A DNA stretch of 64,000 nucleotides from Flavobacteriaceae bacterium (lineage in GTDB: Bacteria; Bacteroidota; Bacteroidia; Flavobacteriales; Flavobacteriaceae). The DNA is taken from assembly GCA_965662485.1 (NCBI GenBank), contig CBFIIL010000003.1, positions 1,144 through 65,143 on the forward strand, given 5' to 3'. Below, one piece after another: positions 38,800 to 48,820 of this stretch (its first letter is position 1; every line of letters begins with the position of its first letter). The notes beneath the pieces are model-generated. The model had not been told where the DNA came from. It searched no databases and saw nothing but the letters and a program-made list of their open reading frames with translations. Both the position numbers and the translations under genes were made by a program.

Positions 38800-40701
38800 A
38801 TGACTCTTCCACTTCAAATACTAAAACGCTATTGGAAGTTTTCCAAATTTAGACCCCAGCAAGAGGAAATTATTCAATCTGTTTTGAATCAACAAGATTG
38901 TGTAGCTCTACTTCCAACAGGTGGTGGAAAGTCTCTTTGTTTTCAAATTCCTGCCCTAATAAACGATGGAATTTGTATCGTTGTTTCTCCTTTAATTGCC
39001 TTGATGCAAGACCAAGTTAATACTCTTAATAATAAAGACATAAAAGCTATTGCACTCACAAATTTGAATCATTTCAGCGATTTGGAACGCATACTTGATA
39101 ACTGTGTTTATGGGAATTATAAATTTCTTTATTTATCTCCAGAACGACTACAAAACCCATTCATTCAAGAGCGTATTAAATTGATGAATGTTAATTTAAT
39201 TGCAGTAGACGAAGCGCATTGTATCAGCCAATGGGGACATGATTTTAGACCTGCATACAGATCTATAAACATACTAAAAACATTGCACCCAAAAGTTGCT
39301 ACAATAGCACTTACTGCATCAGCAACAAAACGTGTTGTTGAAGATATAAAAGAACAACTTAAACTAGAACAACCTACAATATTCAGACACTCATTTAATA
39401 GAAAAAATTTAAGTTATCAATCACTGCTTTTTGAAGACAAAGATTTTAAAATCATAGAACTTCTAAAACAAAACAAAGAAAGTGCTATTGTTTACACTGG
39501 AAGCCGATCGGCAACACAACAATTGGCTAAAATGCTTAACAGCAATGGTATTTCTAGTGGGTATTATCATGGTGGATTGAGTGCTGAAGAAAAAGAGCAA
39601 CACTATCACCAATGGATTTCAGATGAAACGAGAGTTATTGTAGCCACAAATGCTTTTGGCATGGGAATCGATAAAGCTGATGTTTCAATAGTTATTCATA
39701 TCAATATTCCTGAAAGTCTCGAACATTATTTTCAAGAAGCTGGTCGTGCAGGTCGAAATCAAAAAGAAGCAAAAGCCATACTTTTAGTTGGGCCAAATGA
39801 CATTGAAATCGCAAAAAAATGGTACATAGATTATGTTCCCAATGTCGATTTTTTAAAGTTGATTTATAAAAAACTATGCACCTATTTTCAGATTGCATAT
39901 GGCGAATTGAACGAAGAAAAACATGGATTTAATTTCAACGCTTTTTGTAATTTATATGAACTGTCCAAACGAAAAACATATAATGGATTAAAAGTTTTGG
40001 ACAGACATGGATTAATTATATTTGAAGAACTTTTTAAAAAGAAAACAAGTTTACAGTTTTTGGTCAATCACAATGTTCTAATAGACTATATAAAACACAA
40101 TGACGAACTTCGATTGATGATTACAACAATTTTAAGAACCTACGAAAAAATTCATAGTCAAGAAACGTATATTGATATAGAAAAAATTGCTAAAACACTA
40201 AATATAAGGTCCTCTTCAATTATTCAAAACCTAGATACTTTGGCCGCAAAAGAAATTGTAAAGTTTAAAAGTATAAACACCGATGCGCAAATTACATTAT
40301 CTCAACCTAGAGAGGATGATAAAGCTATAAATCGAATTTCGAAAGAAGTAAAAGAATATAATAAAGTAAAACTCCGCAAAATTGGAGCTGTCATTAATTA
40401 TATTGAAAATAATAATATTTGCAAAAGCAAGCAATTATTGACCTACTTTGATGAACCAAATTCTAAAGCATGTGGCATTTGTAATGTTTGTACAAAAAAA
40501 GAAAACTCAATAGTCCCTTTTGAAAAAGAAAATGTAGATTTGATTTTGAAATCAATAGAAGATAAACCTATGACATCTAGAATGTTAGAGTTAAATTTAT
40601 CACTATCGAACAAAGAGGTTGTTTCTATTTTAAAACACTTGCTTGAACTCAAAAAAATTGAACAAACTCAAACGAATAAATTTCAAATTAAATGTCCATA
40701 G
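38800..40701 (+). CDS. recQ: RecQ-family ATP-dependent DNA helicase
   Basis: PTGGGKS, DEAHCISQWGHDFRP, ATNAFGMGIDK, QEAGRAGR, CGICNVC. Confidence 0.92.
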   Translation: MTLPLQILKRYWKFSKFRPQQEEIIQSVLNQQDCVALLPTGGGKSLCFQIPALINDGICIVVSPLIALMQDQVNTLNNKDIKAIALTNLNHFSDLERILDNCVYGNYKFLYLSPERLQNPFIQERIKLMNVNLIAVDEAHCISQWGHDFRPAYRSINILKTLHPKVATIALTASATKRVVEDIKEQLKLEQPTIFRHSFNRKNLSYQSLLFEDKDFKIIELLKQNKESAIVYTGSRSATQQLAKMLNSNGISSGYYHGGLSAEEKEQHYHQWISDETRVIVATNAFGMGIDKADVSIVIHINIPESLEHYFQEAGRAGRNQKEAKAILLVGPNDIEIAKKWYIDYVPNVDFLKLIYKKLCTYFQIAYGELNEEKHGFNFNAFCNLYELSKRKTYNGLKVLDRHGLIIFEELFKKKTSLQFLVNHNVLIDYIKHNDELRLMITTILRTYEKIHSQETYIDIEKIAKTLNIRSSSIIQNLDTLAAKEIVKFKSINTDAQITLSQPREDDKAINRISKEVKEYNKVKLRKIGAVINYIENNNICKSKQLLTYFDEPNSKACGICNVCTKKENSIVPFEKENVDLILKSIEDKPMTSRMLELNLSLSNKEVVSILKHLLELKKIEQTQTNKFQIKCP

Positions 40702-41651
40702 CAAAAGAACAATTACGTATAATCTTTATGGGAACTCCAGAATTTGCAGTTCATATTCTTGATGGATTAGTACAACAAAATTACAATGTGGTTGGCGTAA
40801 TTACTGCGCCAGATCGTCCAGCAGGGCGTGGCCAAAAAGTAAAACTATCTGCAGTAAAAATATACGCCCAAAATCATCAACTGAATGTTCTTCAACCAGA
40901 AAATTTAAAACATCCTGATTTTATTGCAACACTAGACACTTTAAACCCTAATTTACAAGTAGTTGTAGCGTTTAGAATGTTACCAAAAGTGGTTTGGCAT
41001 ATGCCAAAATATGGTACTTTTAATCTTCATGCGTCTTTGTTGCCACAATACAGAGGCGCAGCGCCCATCAATTGGGCTATTATTAATGGAGAAAAAGAAA
41101 CAGGCGTTAGTACATTTTTTATTGATGAAAAAATTGATACTGGTGCTTTAATTTTTCAAAAAAGTATTCCTATTTCAAATGAAGATACCGCAGGAACGCT
41201 TCATGATAAACTTATGAATGAAGGTAAAATATTAACGCTAAAAACTGTTGAAGCTATTTGTAACAATTCAATAAAAACTATACAACAACCTCAATCTATT
41301 GAATTAAAAACAGCACATAAACTCAATAAAGAAAATTGTAAAATTGATTGGCAAAAAAGTGGTGAAGACATTCGAAATCTTGTTCGTGGATTAAATCCTT
41401 ACCCTGCTGCATGGGCTGAATTAAAAAATGGGACTGAAACCTTTAATGTTAAAATCTATAAAGTACAATTTGAAAAATCAAATCACAAAAATCCAATAGG
41501 AACACTGATTGTTAAAAAATCTTCAATAAACGTCTGTATTAATAACGGATATATTAATGTAATTGACTTTAAATTTCCAGGAAAAAAACAAATGAATGTA
41601 AAATCATTTCTCAATGGGTTTTCGTTTCAAAACAACTCTAAAATGATTTAA
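40692..41651 (+). CDS. fmt: Methionyl-tRNA formyltransferase
   Basis: FMGTPEFA, NLHASLLPQYRGAAPI, LNPYPAAW. Confidence 0.97.
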   Translation: MSIAKEQLRIIFMGTPEFAVHILDGLVQQNYNVVGVITAPDRPAGRGQKVKLSAVKIYAQNHQLNVLQPENLKHPDFIATLDTLNPNLQVVVAFRMLPKVVWHMPKYGTFNLHASLLPQYRGAAPINWAIINGEKETGVSTFFIDEKIDTGALIFQKSIPISNEDTAGTLHDKLMNEGKILTLKTVEAICNNSIKTIQQPQSIELKTAHKLNKENCKIDWQKSGEDIRNLVRGLNPYPAAWAELKNGTETFNVKIYKVQFEKSNHKNPIGTLIVKKSSINVCINNGYINVIDFKFPGKKQMNVKSFLNGFSFQNNSKMI

Positions 41652-41766
41652 TCATCCATTCTCAAATGTGAGTTAAAAATCTGGTAACCAATAGAATAAA
41701 ATATTAGTTTTTTTTAAAAATTGAAATATATTACATAATTTTATGGAAACCCAAATCATTAAAATT

Positions 41767-42696
41767 ATGAAAACTAAATTATTATTTCTATTTATTGCCT
41801 TATGTTTATTTGCTAATTCGCAAAACCCTGATGCTACACCTCAGGATGACATATACATCAAAACCATTTTTAACCTTCAAAACTACGCGTCGGGAAATAA
41901 CACTTATGACATTGCTTTTGTGGCTATAGAAGTTAAAAACGACATTGATAGAAACAATTATAAAATCCGACACACAGATGCAAATGGTGAGATTGATGAA
42001 CGATTTTTTCGTCAAAACAACAATCCTCACTTTCCAATGAAATATATATCGAGTACACCTCCTGATTATTCCTCCCAAATTAATTCACCAGACCTGTTAT
42101 TTGGAGGAACACAAATTTATGAAGTCGATGGTTTTAGTTCGGAAGGCTATGACATCATGAACGGTACTGGGGGTTATGGATATTCCATAATGCATGATAT
42201 TCTTGGTGGATCAATAACAAATAAACACTTTGCACGCTGTTGATGGGCAGATTTACATTCCGATTTTAATAATTCTTCAAATACAACAATCGAATTATTG
42301 TATAATGTAAATGGAACATGGACGGTATTTGATGTATGGGAAGGACCATTGCAACACAACAAGTATGATCAACGCAATGTAGATACCCCAAATGAAGCTT
42401 TTACAGCGAGTGAATGGGATCGAAACCAAGACAGTTCTTCTGGCGTTGGAACCTTAAACACAGGTGTTGTAGAATTTGATGATGCAATTTTTATCGCTCC
42501 AAATCCTGTTCTTACTGATTTTCAAATTCAGAACCTCAAAAAACAATCATCGTATAAGATTTTAAATGCTTCAGGTATGATGGTACAAACCGGAACAATT
42601 TCAAGAGGTGAGTCTGTTCAAACTCAAAATTTAAATTCTGGACTATATATTTTAGTTCTAAACTCTGGTCAACATTTTAAGTTTTTAAAAAAATAG
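41767..42696 (+). pseudogene. T9SS type-A cargo protein interrupted by a single in-frame TGA (42241-42243)
   Basis: Signal peptide MKTKLLFLFIALCLFANS-Q; ORFs 41743-42243 and 42298-42696 share a frame with one stop between them; C-terminal IAPNP...NLNSGLYIL...KFLKK CTD. Confidence 0.65.
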
Positions 42697-42713
42697 ACCA
42701 AAAAAACATAATT

Positions 42714-42742
42714 AAAAAAGCAGCTTACGGCTGCTTTTTTTT
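42714..42742 (+). terminator. Intrinsic terminator
   Basis: AAAAAAGCAGC-TTACG-GCTGCTTTTTTTT. Confidence 0.85.
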
Positions 42743-42821
42743 GGTAAAAGTCAAAAAAACAATTTGTATTTCAAGAAAACTAAAATTATTTAATTAAATT
42801 TAGGTTGAAATAATTTAAATT

Positions 42822-43373
42822 TTGAGTCTACAAAAAGGGAAAATATTAATCGCTGAACCCTCCATTATTGGAGATGTTTCTTTCAATAGATCTATTATTT
42901 TACTTGCAGATCACAGCACAGAAGGATCTATTGGTTTTATCCTAAACAAACCTTTAGATTATAATCTTGGAGATCTAATTCCCGAAATTAATTCTACTTT
43001 CAAAGTGTATAATGGAGGACCTGTACAGCAAGATAATTTATATTTTATACACAAAGTTCCTGAGCTTATTCCTGGAAGTATTGAAATTTCCAAAGGGCTT
43101 TTTTGGAGTGGTGATTTTAAACATATTTCTAATTTAATTACTGAACAAAAAATTGATGAAAATGATATTCAATTTTTTCTGGGCTACTCGGGATGGGATG
43201 CCAATCAACTAAATTCTGAATTAAATTCAAATACTTGGATACTTTCGGAAAACACCCATCAAAGTGATATTATTCGTGCTGTAGACACTTCTTTTTGGAA
43301 AGAAAAGATGTTAGCCCTTGGAGGAGAATATAGTATTTGGTCCAATGCACCTGAGCACCCATCGTACAATTAG
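42822..43373 (+). CDS. YqgE/AlgH family protein
   Basis: GFILNKP, GGPV, FLGYSGW, NAPEHPSYN. Confidence 0.9.
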   Translation: MSLQKGKILIAEPSIIGDVSFNRSIILLADHSTEGSIGFILNKPLDYNLGDLIPEINSTFKVYNGGPVQQDNLYFIHKVPELIPGSIEISKGLFWSGDFKHISNLITEQKIDENDIQFFLGYSGWDANQLNSELNSNTWILSENTHQSDIIRAVDTSFWKEKMLALGGEYSIWSNAPEHPSYN

Positions 43374-44215
43374 CCCAACCTCAATTTTGTATTTAACATT
43401 CCCAAAAGTACTTTTGAAACTTCGGAAGTATAAGTTTTTTTGCGATACTTTGTCACTGGTACAATACCCTGAATGACATTAGTGATAAAAATTTCGTCAG
43501 CTTTTTGAAGTTCAAAAGGAGAAATTGAAGATTCATCGAGTACGTATTCTGATGATTTTGAGATAATTTCAATCAATTTTTCTCTAATAATTCCTTTTAA
43601 ACAGCCATCTGTTAATGGGGCTGTTTTAATGGTATTTCCTTTAACCAAAAACACATTGCCATTAAGCGCTTCAATAACACTTTTGTTGTTGTTAAGCAAT
43701 AAACAATTATTGTAGTTGTTTTCTTTAGCAAAAATACTACCAACAACATTCAAAACTTTATTATTTGTTTTTAATGTTGAAAGCAAATTAGGTGCTATGA
43801 GATAGTCTTTAAACAATTCTATTTCATAATAGCTGTCCTGAATTTTATAAATATCTGAGTCCAATTCAGAAACAGAAATTGTAAAAGAAACCGCATTGGT
43901 CTCTGGCGCATAATAGCCTTCACTATCTCGAAAAACCGTAAGTTTTGCTCTGTAGGATACTGCATTGGATGACAGTGAATTTACTAAACTCATAATTTGT
44001 TCTTCCAAGAATTCGGGAGTAAAATTCATCGGGATTTCCATACGAAGAATACGCATAGAAGCCATTAAACGAAAATAATGTGATTCCCAAAATAAGGGTT
44101 TATTGTTATTGATTTTTAGGGTCTCAAAAACAGCATCACCATAAGCAAAGCCCCTATTTAATGTAGATAGTTTTGCCTTTGAATCTTCAAAAATTATTCC
44201 GTTGACATTAATCAT
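43370..44215 (-). CDS. Class IV aminotransferase (PabC-like)
   Basis: NRGFAYGDAVFET, LKT, GCLKGIIR, ADEIFITN. Confidence 0.85.
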   Translation of the reverse strand: MINVNGIIFEDSKAKLSTLNRGFAYGDAVFETLKINNNKPLFWESHYFRLMASMRILRMEIPMNFTPEFLEEQIMSLVNSLSSNAVSYRAKLTVFRDSEGYYAPETNAVSFTISVSELDSDIYKIQDSYYEIELFKDYLIAPNLLSTLKTNNKVLNVVGSIFAKENNYNNCLLLNNNKSVIEALNGNVFLVKGNTIKTAPLTDGCLKGIIREKLIEIISKSSEYVLDESSISPFELQKADEIFITNVIQGIVPVTKYRKKTYTSEVSKVLLGMLNTKLRLG

Positions 44216-44268
44216 AAAAAAATCTAGAAAATTTGAAGCAAATATACGTCAAAATAAGATGAACGTTT

Positions 44269-44655
44269 CTAGCGCGAACCTAAAACTTGTTTTAAGCTAG
44301 AGATTTGATTTTCCCACAACATTTTGGCTTCATCTACTTCATCATCATCTGAAAAATCGGTAACAATCAACGATACGTCTTTTGTTATGCCATCGACTTG
44401 AATTCGAAGTTCAAAATAACAACTATCATCATCAGCGTCTAGCCACTTAAACTTGATGCGTTCTGTGCTTTTTTTAGTTATTAATTTTGCTTTTTCTTCA
44501 GAATCGTCCCAAATAAAAGTAAACAACTCTCCTCTTGAATTAACATTATCTGCAAACCATTCGGAAAGCCCCGATGGTGTGGAAATATAATTATATAATA
44601 ATTGTGGCGAAGCTTGTATGGGGAATTCTATTTCGAATTTTACTTTGGTACTCAT
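44269..44655 (-). CDS. START-like domain protein
   Basis: ISTPSGLSEWFADNV, Bacteroidota START-like family. Confidence 0.82.
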   Translation of the reverse strand: MSTKVKFEIEFPIQASPQLLYNYISTPSGLSEWFADNVNSRGELFTFIWDDSEEKAKLITKKSTERIKFKWLDADDDSCYFELRIQVDGITKDVSLIVTDFSDDDEVDEAKMLWENQISSLKQVLGSR

Positions 44656-44783
44656 GGTTGTTGTTAATTAGATTTTCAATATATACATTAATTTATAACT
44701 ATTGAAAGAAAAAAAATATTTTTTACAAAGCATTTTATTTGAAAGGCAATCATTTTGTTTCTATATTTGCACCCACAATTTAT

Positions 44784-44857
44784 GGCGTGGTAGCTCAGTT
44801 GGTTAGAGCGTCGGATTCATAACCCGGAGGTCGGGAGTTCAAATCTCCCCCACGCTA
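44784..44857 (+). tRNA. tRNA-Met (CAT), probably elongator; CCA not encoded
   Basis: Cloverleaf: GGCGTGG/CCACGCT acceptor, GCTC/GAGC D-stem, TTCATAA anticodon loop, GGGAG-TTCAAAT-CTCCC T-arm; TATATTTG promoter at 44762-44769. Confidence 0.93.
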
Positions 44858-44861
44858 CATT

Positions 44862-44889
44862 AAACCCTTGATTTTCAAGGGTTTTTTTT
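44862..44889. terminator. Bidirectional terminator between tRNA-Met and hisS
   Basis: AAACCCTTGA-TTT-TCAAGGGTTT followed by T run. Confidence 0.85.
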
Positions 44890-44890
44890 A

Positions 44891-46261
44891 TCATATGACT
44901 CTAGACTGTAACGTTAGTAAATCAACTGTTTCTTGAGCACCGGTTGTCATATTTTTTAAGGTGAAGTTATTGTTAGATAACTCCTCCTCACCTACTAAAA
45001 CCACATATGGAATGTTGCGCTTATTGGCATATGTAATTTGCTTTTTTAGTTTTGTAGCGTCAGGATAAAGTTCTGCAGTAATTCCATTGGCTCGTAAAGT
45101 TTGAATAGCTTTATAACAATAAAGACTTTCATTTGTACCAAAATTTGTAAAAAGCACTGCTGTTGTTTGTTGATTATTGTCGGGGAAAAGATCTAGTTCC
45201 TCCATTACGAGTGCAATTCTATCGAGCCCAAAACTGATTCCTACACCACTAATTCCTTTTAAACCAAAAATACTTGTAAGGTCATCATAGCGACCTCCTC
45301 CTCCGATAGAACCCATGGCTATACCGTCTGGGGCAGAAACTTCAAAAATAGCACCTGTATAATAATTCAATCCTCGTGCTAAGGTTAGATTTAGTTTTAG
45401 AGTTGCCGTTTTAAGTCCTAAATCATTGATTGTATTTGAAATAAATTCCAATTCGTTAATTCCAGCACTCCCCACTTCTGATGCTCCCAACAAAAGTTTA
45501 AGCGACTTCAATTGACTGTCAAAATCACCACTCAAACTAAATAAGGGTTCTAGGATTTTAATGCCTTCAGAAGATATTCCTTTTTGTAGCATCTCATCTT
45601 TGACCTTTTCTGCACCTATTTTATCGAGTTTATCAAGTGCAATTGTAAAATCAATGAGTTTGTCTTGAGCTCCAATTCGTTCTGCTATAGCAGATAAAAT
45701 TTTTCTATTGTTAATATTGATAGTAACGCCTTCAAGTTTTAAGTCTGAAAAAATAGCATCATAAAGCTGAATAAATTCAACTTCTTGCCACAAGGAATTT
45801 GAACCAACAACATCTGCATCACATTGATAAAATTCTTGAAAACGTCCCTTTTGGGGACGATCGGCACGCCAAACAGGTTGTATTTGGTAGCGTTTGAATG
45901 GAAGCGTGATGTCATTTTGATATTGAACAACATAGCGGGCAAACGGTACAGTGAGGTCATAACGCAACGCCTTTTCTGAAAGTGAATTGGAAAAACGGGA
46001 TAAATGGCCTTCTTTAAGAGCGCTTAAATCTGCTTTTTTAACCTTGTCACCGGAGTTTAATATTTTAAAAATAAGGCGATCACCTTCTTCTCCATATTTA
46101 CCCAAAAGTGTTTCAGATAACTCAAAACTAGGAGTTTCAATAGGCTCAAAACCAAAGGCCTTAAAATTTGACTTTATGGTATTGAAGATGAATTCACGAT
46201 TGGCAATTTGCAGCGAATTAAAATCTCTAGTTCCTTTTGCTATTCTTGGTTTTGTTGCCAT
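44891..46261 (-). CDS. hisS: Histidine-tRNA ligase
   Basis: KGTRDF, LRYDLTVP, RADRPQKGRFQEFYQCD, ARGLNYYTG, GGGRYD. Confidence 0.97.
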   Translation of the reverse strand: MATKPRIAKGTRDFNSLQIANREFIFNTIKSNFKAFGFEPIETPSFELSETLLGKYGEEGDRLIFKILNSGDKVKKADLSALKEGHLSRFSNSLSEKALRYDLTVPFARYVVQYQNDITLPFKRYQIQPVWRADRPQKGRFQEFYQCDADVVGSNSLWQEVEFIQLYDAIFSDLKLEGVTININNRKILSAIAERIGAQDKLIDFTIALDKLDKIGAEKVKDEMLQKGISSEGIKILEPLFSLSGDFDSQLKSLKLLLGASEVGSAGINELEFISNTINDLGLKTATLKLNLTLARGLNYYTGAIFEVSAPDGIAMGSIGGGGRYDDLTSIFGLKGISGVGISFGLDRIALVMEELDLFPDNNQQTTAVLFTNFGTNESLYCYKAIQTLRANGITAELYPDATKLKKQITYANKRNIPYVVLVGEEELSNNNFTLKNMTTGAQETVDLLTLQSRVI

Positions 46262-46300
46262 AAGTTCTTATTAATAACAAATATCTTATTTTTTGCAACG

Positions 46301-46771
46301 CTATCCAATGAGTTGTTCAAAATACTTAAACAATTCTCCTTTGGTGATGCTTGCCCCTTTTTCAATCAATTCAAAAATATTAAGATTTTTCTCGCCTACA
46401 ACTTCTTTTTCTGCATCAAATAGCTCCACCTTATCAGACATTATGTTTTCTCTAAGCCAAGAAAACCCTTCTCTTGTTGTTAAGTCAATAGAATGTGAAT
46501 TTATTTTTAGGCCTAATAATGCAATTGTTTTTTCTTTAATTTTAAACAAATACATGTGTTGAGGCGCTATATTTTCCAAAAATTCTACTTTTCCTAAAAC
46601 ACCATCCCAAACCAAATCACTAAAAATATCCATTTCCTCTTCGGCTACTTTTGGTTGATTTGTCTTAATTTTAGTCCACTCTTCTCCAGTAATAGATTGT
46701 GTGGCTAAAAAATTGATAAATTCTTGGTGTAATTCTTCAAATTGTTCTTTGGTTAATCTTCTGTATTTCAT
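46301..46771 (-). CDS. DUF6495-like conserved protein
   Basis: MKYRRLTKEQFEELHQEFINFLA N-terminus typical of this flavobacterial family. Confidence 0.72.
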   Translation of the reverse strand: MKYRRLTKEQFEELHQEFINFLATQSITGEEWTKIKTNQPKVAEEEMDIFSDLVWDGVLGKVEFLENIAPQHMYLFKIKEKTIALLGLKINSHSIDLTTREGFSWLRENIMSDKVELFDAEKEVVGEKNLNIFELIEKGASITKGELFKYFEQLIG

Positions 46772-46787
46772 CTCAAAATATTAACAA

Positions 46788-46814
46788 AAAAGGTCTGTTG
46801 AAAACAGACCTTTT
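46788..46814 (-). terminator. Terminator of rpsF-rpsR-rplI operon
   Basis: AAAAGGTCTGTT-GAA-AACAGACCTTTT. Confidence 0.85.
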
Positions 46815-46836
46815 GAAAATCAAACATATTCTTTAT

Positions 46837-47289
46837 TTACGCCTTTGCAGGGACAATTTCAAAAGGAAGTTCGACATGAACATCTCGATGTAAACGTACA
46901 TTAGCGGTATATTTACCTAAACGCTTTACGTTGCCTCCTGTTACATAAATGAATTTCTTATCTACAGCATGTCCAGCACTTTCAAGAGCTTTAGAAACAT
47001 TGATATTGTTCACAGAGCCAAACAACTTGTCTCCAGAACCAACTTTTGCAGCAATTTTTACCTCCAAAGCTTTTATCGCCTCAGCAACTTTTTGTGCATC
47101 TTCAATGATTTTCTTTTCTTTAAAAGCACGTTGCTTTAAGTTTTCAGCAAGCACTTTTTTTGCAGATGTGGTAGCAAGAATCGCCTTGCCACCAGGAATT
47201 AAAAAATTTCTACCATAACCATTTTTAACTGTTACAATATCGTCTTTAAAACCTAGTCCTTCTACGTCTTGTTTTAATATTAGTTCCAT
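46837..47289 (-). CDS. rplI: 50S ribosomal protein L9
   Basis: VKNGYGRNFLIP, KLFGSV. Confidence 0.97.
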   Translation of the reverse strand: MELILKQDVEGLGFKDDIVTVKNGYGRNFLIPGGKAILATTSAKKVLAENLKQRAFKEKKIIEDAQKVAEAIKALEVKIAAKVGSGDKLFGSVNNINVSKALESAGHAVDKKFIYVTGGNVKRLGKYTANVRLHRDVHVELPFEIVPAKA

Positions 47290-47302
47290 AGTTATGATAA
47301 TT

Positions 47303-47596
47303 TTATTTTAATAAATCTGCAACATATGGCATTAAAGCTAAGTGTCTAGCTCTTTTTACTGCAGTTGCAACTTTACGTTGGTATTTTAAAGATGTTCCTG
47401 TAAGTCGTCTTGGTAAAAGCTTACCTTGTTCATTGACGAACTTCAATAAAAAATCGGGATCTTTGTAATCAATATACTTAATTCCAGATTTCTTAAAACG
47501 ACAATACTTCTTAGTTTTATTTGTATCAATATTGAGAGGAGTCAAATATCTAATTTCACCACCCTTTTTGCCTTTTGCTTGTTGTTCTATTGACAT
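47303..47596 (-). CDS. rpsR: 30S ribosomal protein S18
   Basis: [28 protein letters not shown]. Confidence 0.97.
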   Translation of the reverse strand: MSIEQQAKGKKGGEIRYLTPLNIDTNKTKKYCRFKKSGIKYIDYKDPDFLLKFVNEQGKLLPRRLTGTSLKYQRKVATAVKRARHLALMPYVADLLK

Positions 47597-47598
47597 AA

Positions 47599-47937
47599 TT
47601 ACGCTTTTTCTTTTAGTTTAACTCTTCTTCGTTCTGCCCATGAAATGGCATGCTTGTCAAGTTTTACAGTAAGGTAACGCATAAAACGCTCGTCACGTCT
47701 AAACTCAACTTCAAGTGAGCTTATAGCTTCACCTGGTGCAGTAAATTCAAATAAGTGGTAAAATCCACTTTTTTTGTTTTGGATTGGGTAGGCCAATTTT
47801 TTTAGCCCCCAATCTTCTTTTGATACCATCTTAGCTCCTTTAGAAACGAGAAAATCTTCGTATTTCTTTACTGTTTCCTTTATCTGATCTTCAGATAAAA
47901 CGGGATTTAAGATGAAAACAGTTTCGTAATGATTCAT
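47599..47937 (-). CDS. rpsF: 30S ribosomal protein S6
   Basis: [19 protein letters not shown]. Confidence 0.97.
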   Translation of the reverse strand: MNHYETVFILNPVLSEDQIKETVKKYEDFLVSKGAKMVSKEDWGLKKLAYPIQNKKSGFYHLFEFTAPGEAISSLEVEFRRDERFMRYLTVKLDKHAISWAERRRVKLKEKA

Positions 47938-48108
47938 ATATATAATTTTAAAATGGATGCAAAAATAACTATTTTATATGGCTTAAACAACAATACATCA
48001 CACCTTTTTTTTATTTTAATTTACTCCTTTTAACGATGATTATTGGATTTTATCGAAATTATATTTAAATTTGGTGATAAATTTTATCATGCCAAAACCA
48101 ATTTTACT

Positions 48109-48819
48109 ATGAAAATTAATTGTATTGTTATAGACCCACACACGATTCAAAGAATTAATACGATTTCCAAAATTAACAAAAACGATGAATTACGTTTTGT
48201 AAATGAATTTAGTTCATGTTCTGAAGCTCTGGAGTATATTGAAAAAAATAATACGGATTTAATTTTTCTTGAAGTCGATACTCCAAACATAAATGGTTTT
48301 GAATTTTTAGATTTGATTAAAACCAATGGTGAAAAAATGCCAAAAGTGATTATCACTACTAAAAATACCGAACACGCGTTTAAGTCATACAGATACAGTG
48401 TTGTGGATTTTTTAGCAAAACCACTAAATGATTCTTTATTTCATGGTGCCGTTGAAAAAGTTTTAAAGCTGACAACTCAAAAAAGCACAACCAATGATTC
48501 AGATACACAACATATTTTTATCAAGAGTAACCTAAAAAAACGAAAAGTCTATACCAAAGACATCAAATGGATTGAAGCTCTTGGAGACTATGTAAAGCTT
48601 ATCACCGATAATGGCAGTTTTGTTATATTATCTACAATGAAAGCTTTTGAAAATGAATTGCCATCAAATAAATTTTTAAGAATTCATAAATCCTATATTA
48701 TAAATCTTAAAAAAGTGGAACGCTACAACAGCAAGTTTGTAGAAATTGATAACTCACAAATTCCACTAAGTAGAAACAAAAAGACCACGCTTACCGAAGC
48801 TCTAGAAATAACATCTTAG
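48109..48819 (+). CDS. LytTR-family response regulator with degenerate receiver domain
   Basis: REC-like N-terminus (IVIDPH, DLIFLEVDTP, DFLAKP); LytTR IEALGDYV, FLRIHKSYIIN; likely start MKINC at 48109. Confidence 0.88.
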   Translation: MKINCIVIDPHTIQRINTISKINKNDELRFVNEFSSCSEALEYIEKNNTDLIFLEVDTPNINGFEFLDLIKTNGEKMPKVIITTKNTEHAFKSYRYSVVDFLAKPLNDSLFHGAVEKVLKLTTQKSTTNDSDTQHIFIKSNLKKRKVYTKDIKWIEALGDYVKLITDNGSFVILSTMKAFENELPSNKFLRIHKSYIINLKKVERYNSKFVEIDNSQIPLSRNKKTTLTEALEITS

Positions 48820-48820
48820 T

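Noticed and set aside
42241-42300. Alternative genetic code (TGA=Trp) as explanation for the in-frame stop
   Set aside because: TGA terminates other clear genes here (purU, rluA, menA, hisS), and Trp is encoded by TGG throughout.
44784-44890. tRNA-Met as an integration site for a genomic island
   Set aside because: It is followed directly by a terminator and hisS; no integrase or duplicated tRNA 3' end was seen.
47938-48040. S6:S18 ribosomal leader RNA upstream of rpsF
   Set aside because: A TATTTTTG promoter element lies ~22 nt from the ATG, leaving no room for the structure.
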